From assembly GCA_035252665.1 (NCBI GenBank), contig DATFCW010000498.1:1-61741 (forward strand): a stretch of DNA of 61,741 nt, read 5' to 3'. The notes under the pieces were generated by a model. That model worked only from the letters and a program-made list of their open reading frames with translations. It was not told where the DNA came from and ran no database searches. The DNA comes from Casimicrobiaceae bacterium. GTDB lineage: Bacteria; Pseudomonadota; Gammaproteobacteria; Burkholderiales; Casimicrobiaceae. Both the position numbers and the translations under genes were made by a program. This document shows positions 9,267 to 19,121 of the stretch, in pieces; position 1 is the first letter of the stretch, and each line of letters opens with the position of its first letter.

Positions 9267-10676
9267 ATGCTCGAAGCGCTGCGGCCCGATCCCACGTTCT
9301 ATCCGTCTCCGCGCCTCGCGATGGAAGCCGATCGCGAGCGCTTCACGTACACGGCACTGCTGTCGCCCGATCGCTCGCGTCCCGATGCGCTCGCCGTTGT
9401 CGACGTCGAGCGCTCGTCGAAGTCCTTCGGCAAGATGCTGTATCGGCTCGACATGCCGGTTGCGGGCGACGAGTTCCACCACTTCGGCTGGAACGCATGC
9501 TCGTCGGCGCTCTCGCCAATGTCCGGTCACACGTTCCTAAAGCGTCGCTATCTGATCGTTCCCGGCATACGCTCGTCGCGTTTGTACGTGATCGATACGC
9601 AACCCGACCCGCGGCGGCCGAGCATCGTCAAGATCATCGAGCCTGCCGAAGTCGTGCGCAGGACCGGCTATTCGCGTCCGCACACCGTTCACTGCGGCCC
9701 CGAAGGCATCTATGTGAGCACGCTCGGCGGCGCGGGTGCCGACGGCACCGACGGCGTGCCGGGCGTCTTCATCCTGGATTGCGAAAGCTTCGAGATCCTC
9801 GGCAAATGGGAGATTGATCGCGGTCCGCAGAAGCTGCATTACGACTTCTGGTGGAACCTGCCGCGCGATTACATGGTGTCGAGCGAATGGGGCCTGCCGC
9901 CCCAGTTCGAGAACGGCATCGTCGCGGACGACCTGCTCTCGAACCGGTACGGGCACGCGCTGCACTTCTGGGATTTGCGCGCCCGCAAGCACGTGCAGAC
10001 GATCGATCTCGGCGCTAATCATCAGATGGCGCTCGAAGTGCGTCCCGCGCACGATCCGGTGCGCGAGTACGGGTTCGTCGGCGTCGTGATCGACACCACG
10101 AATCTCGAAGCGTCGATCTGGACATGGTATCGCGAGCGTGACGGCAAGTTCGGCGCGCAGAAGACGGTGACGATTCCCGCGGAACCAGCCGATGCCGACG
10201 ATCTGCCGCCGCTTCTGAAGGGCTTCGGCGCAGTGCCGCCGCTCGTGAGCGACATCGATTTGTCGCTCGACGATCGCTTCCTCTATGTGGCGTGCTGGGG
10301 CACCGGGGAGTTACGCCAATACGACGTCAGGGATCCGATGCAGCCGCGCCTTGCGGGAAGCGTTCGCGTCGGCGGCATCGCGAAGCATACGAAGCATCCG
10401 AGCGGACGGTCGTTCGGCGGCGGGCCGCAGATGACGGAGATCAGCCGCGACGGCAAGCGCGTCTACTTCACCAATTCGCTCTACAGCACGTGGGACACGC
10501 AGTTCTATCCGGACGGTATCCCGGGCCTCCAGGTGATGTGCCACGCGGATGCCAATGGCGGTCTTCGGCTCGATCCGGAATTCTGCGTCGAGTTCGGCGC
10601 AGAATACGGCGCGCATCAGGTGCGTCTCGAAGGCGGCGATTGCTCGACCGATTCGTTCTGCTATTCGTCGGCGTGA
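9267..10676 (+). CDS. SBP56 / selenium-binding protein (methanethiol oxidase family), no signal peptide
   Basis: GDEFHHFGWNACSS, PHTVHC, YDFWW, GGPQM, NSLYSTWD, GGDCSTD motifs of the SELENBP1/SBP56 family. Confidence 0.9.
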   Translation: MLEALRPDPTFYPSPRLAMEADRERFTYTALLSPDRSRPDALAVVDVERSSKSFGKMLYRLDMPVAGDEFHHFGWNACSSALSPMSGHTFLKRRYLIVPGIRSSRLYVIDTQPDPRRPSIVKIIEPAEVVRRTGYSRPHTVHCGPEGIYVSTLGGAGADGTDGVPGVFILDCESFEILGKWEIDRGPQKLHYDFWWNLPRDYMVSSEWGLPPQFENGIVADDLLSNRYGHALHFWDLRARKHVQTIDLGANHQMALEVRPAHDPVREYGFVGVVIDTTNLEASIWTWYRERDGKFGAQKTVTIPAEPADADDLPPLLKGFGAVPPLVSDIDLSLDDRFLYVACWGTGELRQYDVRDPMQPRLAGSVRVGGIAKHTKHPSGRSFGGGPQMTEISRDGKRVYFTNSLYSTWDTQFYPDGIPGLQVMCHADANGGLRLDPEFCVEFGAEYGAHQVRLEGGDCSTDSFCYSSA

Positions 10677-10683
10677 TCGCAGC

Positions 10684-11343
10684 GTGATCGACATCCACGC
10701 GCATGGCGCGCTGTGGCTCACCGTGGTCGCGCTCGGCGTCTACCACGGGTTGAATCCGACGATGGGCTGGCCGCTGGCGGTCGCGAACGGACTTGCCGCC
10801 AAGCGAGGCAGGGCCGTGTTCGCGACCGCGTGGCCGCTCGGCGTCGGACATTTCGCCGCAATGGCGATCGTGCTCGTTCCTTTCGCGCTGCTCGCGTGGT
10901 ACGTGCAATGGAGCCAGGCGATCCGCCTCGCGGCGGGCGCCGCGCTGCTGCTGTTCGGCGCTTATCGGCTGATCGCTCGTCGCCATCCGCGTTTTCTGAC
11001 GCGCGTTCGTCCGACACGGCTCGCATGGTGGTCGCTGCTCGTCGCGACCGCGCATGGCGCGGGATTGATGCTGGTGCCGCTCGCGCTTGGTCTGTGCACA
11101 TCGCCACAGTCTGCGAGTGGGCATGGCCTTTCGATGCCCGCGATGCGCGGTGACGTCGCGACGGCGGTCGCGGTGTCGATCGTGCATACGATGGCGATGA
11201 TCGGCGCCGGATTGGCGCTCGCGTGGACCGTCTATCGTTATCTCGGCTCGCGCTTTCTGACGCGAAGCTTCTTCGATCTCGACAAGGTCTGGGGCGCCAG
11301 CCTGGTCGCGACGGGCGCACTCAGCCTGGCGCTCGCCGCCTGA
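10684..11343 (+). CDS. His-containing integral membrane protein, partner of SBP56
   Basis: Hydrophobic ORF 7 nt after SBP56 with YHGLNP, GHF, AHG and VHT in TM segments; GTG start inferred. Confidence 0.72.
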   Translation: MIDIHAHGALWLTVVALGVYHGLNPTMGWPLAVANGLAAKRGRAVFATAWPLGVGHFAAMAIVLVPFALLAWYVQWSQAIRLAAGAALLLFGAYRLIARRHPRFLTRVRPTRLAWWSLLVATAHGAGLMLVPLALGLCTSPQSASGHGLSMPAMRGDVATAVAVSIVHTMAMIGAGLALAWTVYRYLGSRFLTRSFFDLDKVWGASLVATGALSLALAA

Positions 11344-11346
11344 GGG

Positions 11347-11685
11347 TCAACCCGCGCCGAACGTCACGACGTCTTCGCTTGCGATCAGCACGATAGGCGC
11401 ACCGCCGTTGGAGATGCGGGCAGCATCGGCGAGCGCATCGCGTCCGGGTTGCGATGCGGCGCACGCATTGAGCGCTGCGAGCGACGGGAAATGAATTTCC
11501 GCGATCCGGTGGAACGGCGCTTTCGTTCCCGGTGCGCCTTCGATCCTGGTCAGCACGGCTTTGGTGGCGCCCGCCGCATCGAAGATCGGCGCGGCCATCG
11601 GCAAATGCTCGTTGCCGTACGCGCGCTCGAATGCAGCGACATCCTTGGGCGTCGGATAGATCACGATCAGCTTCGCTCCAGCCAT
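11347..11685 (-). CDS. EthD-family protein
   Basis: KLIVIYPTPKDVAAFERAYGNEHLP...PFHRIAEIHFPS pattern; AGGAG RBS. Confidence 0.8.
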   Translation of the reverse strand: MAGAKLIVIYPTPKDVAAFERAYGNEHLPMAAPIFDAAGATKAVLTRIEGAPGTKAPFHRIAEIHFPSLAALNACAASQPGRDALADAARISNGGAPIVLIASEDVVTFGAG

Positions 11686-11708
11686 GGCGATTCTCCTGAC
11701 GATCGCTA

Positions 11709-12509
11709 TCAGAAAATCGCGCGATCGCGGTTGGCGGCCTTGTCGAGGCCTTTCGCGGCATCGATACCGCCGCACCTGGTGAACACGGTTCCGTCGATGT
11801 CGGTCTCGGTGAAGTCGGCGCCGGCGATTTCGGCGCCGGTCAGATTGGCGCCGGACAGTTTGACGCCGAACAAGTTGGTGCCGCGCAGGTTCGCGCCGCG
11901 AAGATCGGCAAACATCATCATCGAGCGGCTCAAGTCGGCGCCGCTCAAGTTGGCGCCCGACAGATTCGCGTTGCTCAAGTCGGTGCGCATCTGTCCCATG
12001 CCCTGATTGCGGATGTCGACGCCGAGTCGCGCGCCAGCGAGGTTGGCGCCGTGCAGATCTGCGCCCGGAAGATCGGCGATCATCCGCACGCCCGAGAGAT
12101 CGGCGTTCGCGAAGTCGGGACGCGTTTTGACCTCGCCGCCGAGGATCACGAGGCCGAGCATCGTGCTGCCGGAAAGATTCGCGCCGGCGAGCTTCGCGCC
12201 CATCAGCCATGCGCCATTGAGATTCGCGCCGGCGAGATTCGCGCCGCTCAGGTTCGACGAGATGAGGCGCGAGGCGAAAAGGTTCGCGCGCGAAAGATCC
12301 GCGCGCCGGAAGTCGATGTTGCTCAGATCGAGGTCCGATAGATTTTTGCCGGCGAGATTCGCGGGCGGGCTCGCATTCGCGACGAGCGTTCGCACCTCGT
12401 CGGCGGTCATGTCGGCGCCGAACGATGACGAGAGGCATCCGAGCAGCACGACGCCAACGAGCATCGCGCACGCATGCGTGCTGCGCGACCGCGGGCGAGC
12501 TTCACGCAT
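11709..12509 (-). CDS. Exported pentapeptide-repeat protein (PedD-like)
   Basis: Many A(N/D)LSG-type pentapeptide repeats after a hydrophobic signal-like segment; overlaps the fghA stop; start uncertain. Confidence 0.85.
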   Translation of the reverse strand: MREARPRSRSTHACAMLVGVVLLGCLSSSFGADMTADEVRTLVANASPPANLAGKNLSDLDLSNIDFRRADLSRANLFASRLISSNLSGANLAGANLNGAWLMGAKLAGANLSGSTMLGLVILGGEVKTRPDFANADLSGVRMIADLPGADLHGANLAGARLGVDIRNQGMGQMRTDLSNANLSGANLSGADLSRSMMMFADLRGANLRGTNLFGVKLSGANLTGAEIAGADFTETDIDGTVFTRCGGIDAAKGLDKAANRDRAIF

Positions 12510-13365
12510 CGCCAGCGCCCAGCGCGCGCGCATGATGGCGAAGATGATCATCGATGAACGTCGCGATGAAGAAGTAGCTGTGGTCGTAGCCGTCCTGCAT
12601 GCGCAAGTCGAGCGCGACGCCCGCGCGCTCGCACGCCGACTCGAGCAAGCCGGGCTTGAGCTGGTTTTCGAGGAACGGGTCGCGCGTGCCCTGGTCGACG
12701 AGAATCGTCGGTCCGCGCCACCCGCGTTGCTCGATCAGTGCCGCCGAATCGTACGCACGCCAGGCATTGCGATCGTCACCCAGATATCCGCGCAGCGCCT
12801 TCTCGCCCCATGGGCAACGCGTTGGCGAAGCGATCGGCGCGAATGCCGACACCGACTTGTAGCGATCCGGATTGCGTAGCGCGATTACGAGCGCACCATG
12901 GCCACCCATCGAATGACCGAAGATGCCGGTTTTCATCGCATCCACCGGGAACTGGCTCGCGACGAGCGCGGGCAGCTCCTCGGTGACGTACGAATACATC
13001 CGATATCCTTGCGACCACGGCGTCTGCGTCGCATCGACGTAGAAGCCGGCGCCGAGGCCGAAGTCGTAGCTTTCCGCTTCACCGGCGAAGCTCAACCCGC
13101 GCGGGCTCGTGTCGGGAACGACGATCGCGAGGCCGAGCTTCGACGCGGCGCGCTGCGCGCCGGCCTTGACGATGAAGTTCTCCTCGGTGCACGTGAGGCC
13201 CGACAGCCAGTAGAGCACGGGTACGCGACGTTCCTCGGCCTGCGGCGGAAGGTAGACGCCGAAACGCATGCGGCAGCGCGTCTCGCGAGCATCGTGCGCG
13301 TAAACCGCCTGCGTGCCGCCGAAACAGCGGTTGCGCGAAACCGGTTCGAGGGTTGTTTCGCTCAC
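12502..13365 (-). CDS. fghA: S-formylglutathione hydrolase
   Basis: LYWLSGLTC, PDTSPRG, GHSMGGHGA nucleophile, GYDHSYFFI. Confidence 0.95.
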   Translation of the reverse strand: MSETTLEPVSRNRCFGGTQAVYAHDARETRCRMRFGVYLPPQAEERRVPVLYWLSGLTCTEENFIVKAGAQRAASKLGLAIVVPDTSPRGLSFAGEAESYDFGLGAGFYVDATQTPWSQGYRMYSYVTEELPALVASQFPVDAMKTGIFGHSMGGHGALVIALRNPDRYKSVSAFAPIASPTRCPWGEKALRGYLGDDRNAWRAYDSAALIEQRGWRGPTILVDQGTRDPFLENQLKPGLLESACERAGVALDLRMQDGYDHSYFFIATFIDDHLRHHARALGAGDA

Positions 13366-13394
13366 GCTCGATGACGTGAAAAATCAGTGCCTAA

Positions 13395-13453
13395 GAAATT
13401 GGTGCCAGAGATGTATTTCCGCATCGTGGAAATACATCTCCGGCACCAATTTC
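13395..13453. repeat. Inverted-repeat element, 26-bp arms (GGTGCCAGAGATGTATTTC family)
   Basis: GAAATTGGTGCCAGAGATGTATTTCC-7 nt-GGAAATACATCTCCGGCACCAATTTC (1 mismatch); recurs at 26121 and 57395. Confidence 0.9.
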
Positions 13454-13484
13454 GATGGGCACCGATTCCGGTGCCCGCCCGCCC

Positions 13485-14063
13485 TCAGGCGCTCGGCCGC
13501 ACGCCCTTCGATTTCGCGACCTGGGTCGCGATGAAGTCCATCAGCGGCGGCGACAGGCAGTCGTACGGCTCGAGCCCGAGCTCGCGCAGACGGCTTCGCA
13601 CGGCACCCATGTTCTCGGGATTGGCACCTGCCTCGATGATCGAGGAGACGAACGCGGCGAATTCCGGCGGCGACCATCCGCGCTCGGGCGAAAGCTCGGT
13701 GTGGATGAAGTCGAAACCGTACAGCGGATGGCCCTTGTTTTCGATGCGCCCGTACATGTGCACGCCGCAATCCTTGCAGGCGTAGCGTTGAATCGCCGCG
13801 TTCGGATCGACGATCGACAGCTTGTTGCCGTTCGCCTTGACGGAAAGCTTGTCGCGCGGCACGACCGCGACCTGCGAGAACAGCGCGCCGGCGGGCTTCC
13901 AGCACTTCGTGCAGCCGCAGACGTGGTTGTGCGCGCTTTGCGCGGCGATTCCGATCGCGACCTTGTCGGACGCGCAATTGCAGTAGAGCGTTCCGCCGGC
14001 GAAATTCGGTGCGGCTTTCGCGATGCCGTTATCGACGGCGGGATGAATCGAAGGTGTCGCCAT
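13485..14063 (-). CDS. gfa: Glutathione-dependent formaldehyde-activating enzyme
   Basis: IHPAVDNG, Cx[34 protein letters not shown]. Confidence 0.95.
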   Translation of the reverse strand: MATPSIHPAVDNGIAKAAPNFAGGTLYCNCASDKVAIGIAAQSAHNHVCGCTKCWKPAGALFSQVAVVPRDKLSVKANGNKLSIVDPNAAIQRYACKDCGVHMYGRIENKGHPLYGFDFIHTELSPERGWSPPEFAAFVSSIIEAGANPENMGAVRSRLRELGLEPYDCLSPPLMDFIATQVAKSKGVRPSA

Positions 14064-14104
14064 GATGAAACCTCCTGTCGAAGCGAATGTGACGGCTTAA
14101 GTGG

Positions 14105-15214
<1,110 letters not shown>

Positions 15215-15464
15215 GGTGCATCCTCCTCGTTGTGGTTGCAGCGCCCGATGCGATCGGCGGGACGTGCAGGTTACGACATTTTCGGACCGCGTGCACGTTC
15301 ACGTTGCTGGTTGTTGCGGCGCAGCAACGTCGTCGCGCGGCGACACGCAAGACGCAAATTGACTTTGCAAAGCCGCTAGCAGAGACTCTGTCACCGCAGC
15401 TTTGCGCGGCAGCGCTTCGGCGCGCAATGCCGCGATTCATAACGTCGACGACAGAGGAGGCTCT

Positions 15465-17288
15465 ATGAAGATTGTCGATGCGCCGTGGTTTCGAAAAGCA
15501 GCAGCAGTGGCATTTGTCGGCTCGCTCGTTGTTCCGGCACTCTCCTGGGCCGATGCCGATCTCGACAAGATGCTCGCCAATCCCAACAACTGGGCGATGC
15601 AGGCGGGCGACATGCACAACCAGCGTTACAGTCCGCTGAAGCAGATCAACAAGAGCAATGTCGGCAAGATGCAGGTCGCATGGATGTTCTCGACCGGCGT
15701 CCTGCGCGGGCACGAGGGCTCGCCGCTCGTGCTCGGCGATACGATGTACCTGGTCTCGCCGTTTCCGAACAAGGTCTTTGCGCTCGACCTCGACACGCAG
15801 AAGATCAAATGGCGTTACGAGCCGAAGCAGGACGCGGCCGTCATCCCGCAAATGTGCTGCGACACCGTGAACCGCGGCCTCGCGTATGGCGACGGCAAGA
15901 TCTTGCTGCAGCAAGCCGACAGCACGCTCGTCGCGCTGGACGCTAAGACCGGCAAGGTGGTCTGGAGCGTCAAGAACGGCGACCCGAAGCTCGGCGCCGT
16001 CAACACCAACGCGCCGCACGTGTTCAAGGACAAGGTGATCACCGGCATCTCCGGCGGCGAATGGGGTGTGCGCGGCTACATCACCGCGTACGACATCGGC
16101 ACCGGCAAGCAGGTCTGGCGCGCCTACAGCACGGGTCCCGACGCCGAAATGCTGTTCGATCCCGACAAGACGATGACGTGGACCGACGGCGAGATGAAAC
16201 CGGTCGGCAAGGATTCCTCGCTCAAGAGCTGGCAGGGCGATCAGTGGAAGATAGGCGGCGGCACCACGTGGGGCTGGTACAGCTACGACAAGGACCTGAA
16301 CCTGCTCTATTACGGAAGCGGCAATCCCTCGACCTGGAATCCGATCCAGCGCAAGGGCGACAACAAGTGGTCGATGACGATCTTCGCGCGCGACGTCGAC
16401 ACGGGAATGGCGAAGTGGGTGTTCCAGATGACGCCGTGGGATCAGTGGGACTACGACGGCGTCAACGAGATGATCCTCGCCGACATCAACGTCAAGGGCA
16501 AGCCGACGAAGGCGCTCGTCCACTTCGACCGTAACGGGTTCGGCTATACGCTCGACCGCGCGACCGGCGCACTGCTCGTCGCGGAGAAGTACGACCCGGC
16601 GGTCAACTGGGCGACGCACGTTGACATGAAGACGGGACGCCCGGAAGTGGTGAAGAAATACGCGCCCGGTGAAAATGGCGCCGACTTCAACAACAAGGGC
16701 ATCTGCCCGGCGGCGCTCGGCTCGAAGGACGAGCAGCCGGCATCGTTCGATCCTCAGACCAAGCGGTTCTACGTGCCGACCAACCACGTCTGCATGGATT
16801 ACGAGCCGTTCCAGATCGAGTACACGGCCGGTCAGCCCTACGTCGGCGCCACGCTCGCGATGTTCCCCGCGCCCGGGGGCAATACGATGGGCAATTTCAT
16901 CGCGTGGGATGCCGGCACCGGGAAGATCGTGCAATCCAAGCCCGAGAAGTTCTCGGTCTGGAGTGGCGCGCTGACGACCGCGGGCGGCATCGCGTGCTAC
17001 GGGACGCTCGAGGGCTATCTGAAGTGCGTCGACTCGAACGACATCAACAAGGAGCTCTTCAGGTTCAAGACGCCGTCGGGCATCATCGGCAACGTCTTCA
17101 CCTACGAGCACAAGGGCAAGCAGTACATCGGCGTGTTCTCCGGCATCGGCGGCTGGGCCGGGATCGGCATGGCGGCGGGCCTGGAGAAGCCCGAGGAGGG
17201 ACTTGGCGCGGTCGGCGGTTACAAGGAGCTTGCCGACTACACGAACCTCGGCGGCTCGCTCACGGTGTTCGCGCTTCCGCAAACCTGA
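15465..17288 (+). CDS. xoxF: Lanthanide-dependent PQQ methanol dehydrogenase XoxF
   Basis: Signal peptide, [29 protein letters not shown] (extra Asp versus MxaF WDYAG), XoxF-like C-terminus; GAGGAGG RBS. Confidence 0.93.
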   Translation: MKIVDAPWFRKAAAVAFVGSLVVPALSWADADLDKMLANPNNWAMQAGDMHNQRYSPLKQINKSNVGKMQVAWMFSTGVLRGHEGSPLVLGDTMYLVSPFPNKVFALDLDTQKIKWRYEPKQDAAVIPQMCCDTVNRGLAYGDGKILLQQADSTLVALDAKTGKVVWSVKNGDPKLGAVNTNAPHVFKDKVITGISGGEWGVRGYITAYDIGTGKQVWRAYSTGPDAEMLFDPDKTMTWTDGEMKPVGKDSSLKSWQGDQWKIGGGTTWGWYSYDKDLNLLYYGSGNPSTWNPIQRKGDNKWSMTIFARDVDTGMAKWVFQMTPWDQWDYDGVNEMILADINVKGKPTKALVHFDRNGFGYTLDRATGALLVAEKYDPAVNWATHVDMKTGRPEVVKKYAPGENGADFNNKGICPAALGSKDEQPASFDPQTKRFYVPTNHVCMDYEPFQIEYTAGQPYVGATLAMFPAPGGNTMGNFIAWDAGTGKIVQSKPEKFSVWSGALTTAGGIACYGTLEGYLKCVDSNDINKELFRFKTPSGIIGNVFTYEHKGKQYIGVFSGIGGWAGIGMAAGLEKPEEGLGAVGGYKELADYTNLGGSLTVFALPQT

Positions 17289-17300
17289 AGCCTTTCGCGA

Positions 17301-17333
17301 TTGCCGGCGTCGCAAAAAAGCGGCGCCGGCAGT
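17301..17333. terminator. GC-rich hairpin after xoxF
   Basis: TTGCCGGCGTCGC-AAAAAA-GCGGCGCCGGCAG stem-loop; no U-tract, so possibly an mRNA stabiliser. Confidence 0.4.
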
Positions 17334-17390
17334 TGCGCCTTCTCGTGGCGCGCCAGCGCCCGTCAATCGATTCGCCCTGCTGGAGACTCG

Positions 17391-17873
17391 ATGCGAACCA
17401 TGATTTCAGGCGCGACAGCGTTCGCGTTGTCGCTTGCCATGCATACCGTCGCGACCGCGCAGGCGACGACGCCACAGGCGGGCGCTTCGACCGCACAAGC
17501 GTCGACTGCGCAACCGAGCGGCAACAAGGTGACGCGAACGGAGAACGGCAAGACGCTCTACACGGTCGTCGACGGATACAAGGTCGATTCGAACACGATG
17601 AACGGCTTTCGCGCGTGGCGCGCCGCCGCGTGCGATCGTTGCCACGGCGCGAATCAGCAGGGACTGGTCGGCCCTTCGCTGATCGAAAGCCTGAAGACGT
17701 TGACCAAGGCGGAGTTCGTCAAGACGCTGCACGATGGCCGGCTCGAAAAGGGCATGCCGAGCTGGCAGACGAGCAAGATGGTGATGGACAACATGGACAA
17801 CCTGTATGCGTACCTGAAGGGCCGCTCGAACGGCGACATCACGCGCGCGCACGTCGAGGAGCTGAAGCAATGA
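17391..17873 (+). CDS. xoxG: c-type cytochrome, XoxG-like electron acceptor
   Basis: Signal peptide, CDRCH heme motif, GMP axial Met; directly after xoxF. Confidence 0.8.
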   Translation: MRTMISGATAFALSLAMHTVATAQATTPQAGASTAQASTAQPSGNKVTRTENGKTLYTVVDGYKVDSNTMNGFRAWRAAACDRCHGANQQGLVGPSLIESLKTLTKAEFVKTLHDGRLEKGMPSWQTSKMVMDNMDNLYAYLKGRSNGDITRAHVEELKQ

Positions 17874-18751
17874 CGTGCGTTGCATCGACGACAGCGGTGA
17901 AGCGCATCACGCGCACGGCAACATGCATCGCCGGTTTCGTCGCGATGCTCGCGATGGCGCCCGCGCTTGCCGCCGACGAGGCGCGCACCGCATTCCGCCC
18001 CTGCATCGATCCGTCGAACCTGCCGTTCGCGAACGACAAAGGCGAGGGCTTCGAGAACAAGATCGCCGCGCTCTTCGCGAGCAAGCTCGGCTTGCCGGTC
18101 CAGAGCTATTCGTTTCCGCAGCGGATGAACTTCATCCGCAACACGCTGCGTTATCGGTTGCCGGGCGAGGACTTTCGCTGCGACATCGTCATGAGCGTGC
18201 CGGCGAGCTACGATCAGGCGATGGCGACGGCTCCCTATTACCGTTCGACGTATGCGCTCGTTTATCGCAAGGGGACGGGACTCGATCAGGTGAAATCGGG
18301 CGAGGACTTCCTCGCCTTGCCGGCGGACGTTCGCGCGAAGCTGCGCATCGGCTTTTTCGACAAGTCCCCCGCCGGCACGTGGCTCGTCAAGCATGGAATG
18401 GAAGCGCAGGCGAAGCCGTACCCGATCATGTCGCCCGATCCGGATCAGTACCCGGGCCAGATGATCGACACCGAGCTCGCGAAGGGAAGGATCGACGCCG
18501 CCATCGTGTGGGGCCCGATTGCGGGCTATTACGCGAAGCGCGTCCCCGGCGTCGAGTTCGCGGTCATTCCGCTGCGCTCCGAGCCGGGAGTCAAGTTCGA
18601 TTACGCAATCGCCATGGGCGTGCGTCGCGGCGAGAGCGAATGGAAGGCCACGATCGACAAGTTGATCGTCGACAACCAGGCGGCGATCACGCAGATCCTT
18701 CGCGATTACAACGTCCCGTTGATCGACGCGAATGGCAAACCGCTGGGATGA
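17870..18751 (+). CDS. xoxJ: XoxJ/MxaJ-like periplasmic binding protein
   Basis: CIDPSNLPFAN..GEGFENKIA, PYYRSTY, WGPIAGY, AMGVRRG. Confidence 0.88.
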   Translation: MTCVASTTAVKRITRTATCIAGFVAMLAMAPALAADEARTAFRPCIDPSNLPFANDKGEGFENKIAALFASKLGLPVQSYSFPQRMNFIRNTLRYRLPGEDFRCDIVMSVPASYDQAMATAPYYRSTYALVYRKGTGLDQVKSGEDFLALPADVRAKLRIGFFDKSPAGTWLVKHGMEAQAKPYPIMSPDPDQYPGQMIDTELAKGRIDAAIVWGPIAGYYAKRVPGVEFAVIPLRSEPGVKFDYAIAMGVRRGESEWKATIDKLIVDNQAAITQILRDYNVPLIDANGKPLG

Positions 18752-19101
18752 GCATGATCCGTTCGATCGCCCTTTGTGCCGCACTGCTATGCGCGACGCC
18801 GCTCGCCACCGCGAACGATTTCCCGACGCGCGCGCGCGTCGACTACGTGCTGTCGTGCATGCAGGACAACCGGATGCCGCCGCAGGAGTCGATGTACAAA
18901 TGCTCGTGCGCGATCGACGCTATCGCTGCGAAGGTTCGCTATCGTGACTGGGTCGACCTGTCGACGGTGGCGAACGGCGTCACGATCGCCGGCGAGCGCG
19001 GCGGGGTCATGCGCGATCTGAAGGATGCGCGAAAGCTGATCGGCTCGTATCGCAAGCTGCAGGACGACGCGAAGCGCGAGTGCTTCATCCCGACGAAGTA
19101 G
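18748..19101 (+). CDS. Small exported Cys-containing protein of PQQ-dehydrogenase clusters
   Basis: Signal peptide, NDFPT.ARVDYVLSCM...KCSCAID, C-terminal CF; ATGA overlap with xoxJ. Confidence 0.72.
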   Translation: MSMIRSIALCAALLCATPLATANDFPTRARVDYVLSCMQDNRMPPQESMYKCSCAIDAIAAKVRYRDWVDLSTVANGVTIAGERGGVMRDLKDARKLIGSYRKLQDDAKRECFIPTK

Positions 19102-19121
19102 AGCTGCGCTGAAAGCGCTCT

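Noticed and set aside
11709-12509. Qnr/MfpA-type quinolone resistance protein
   Set aside because: The signal-like N-terminus and PQQ/C1 context fit periplasmic PedD-like proteins
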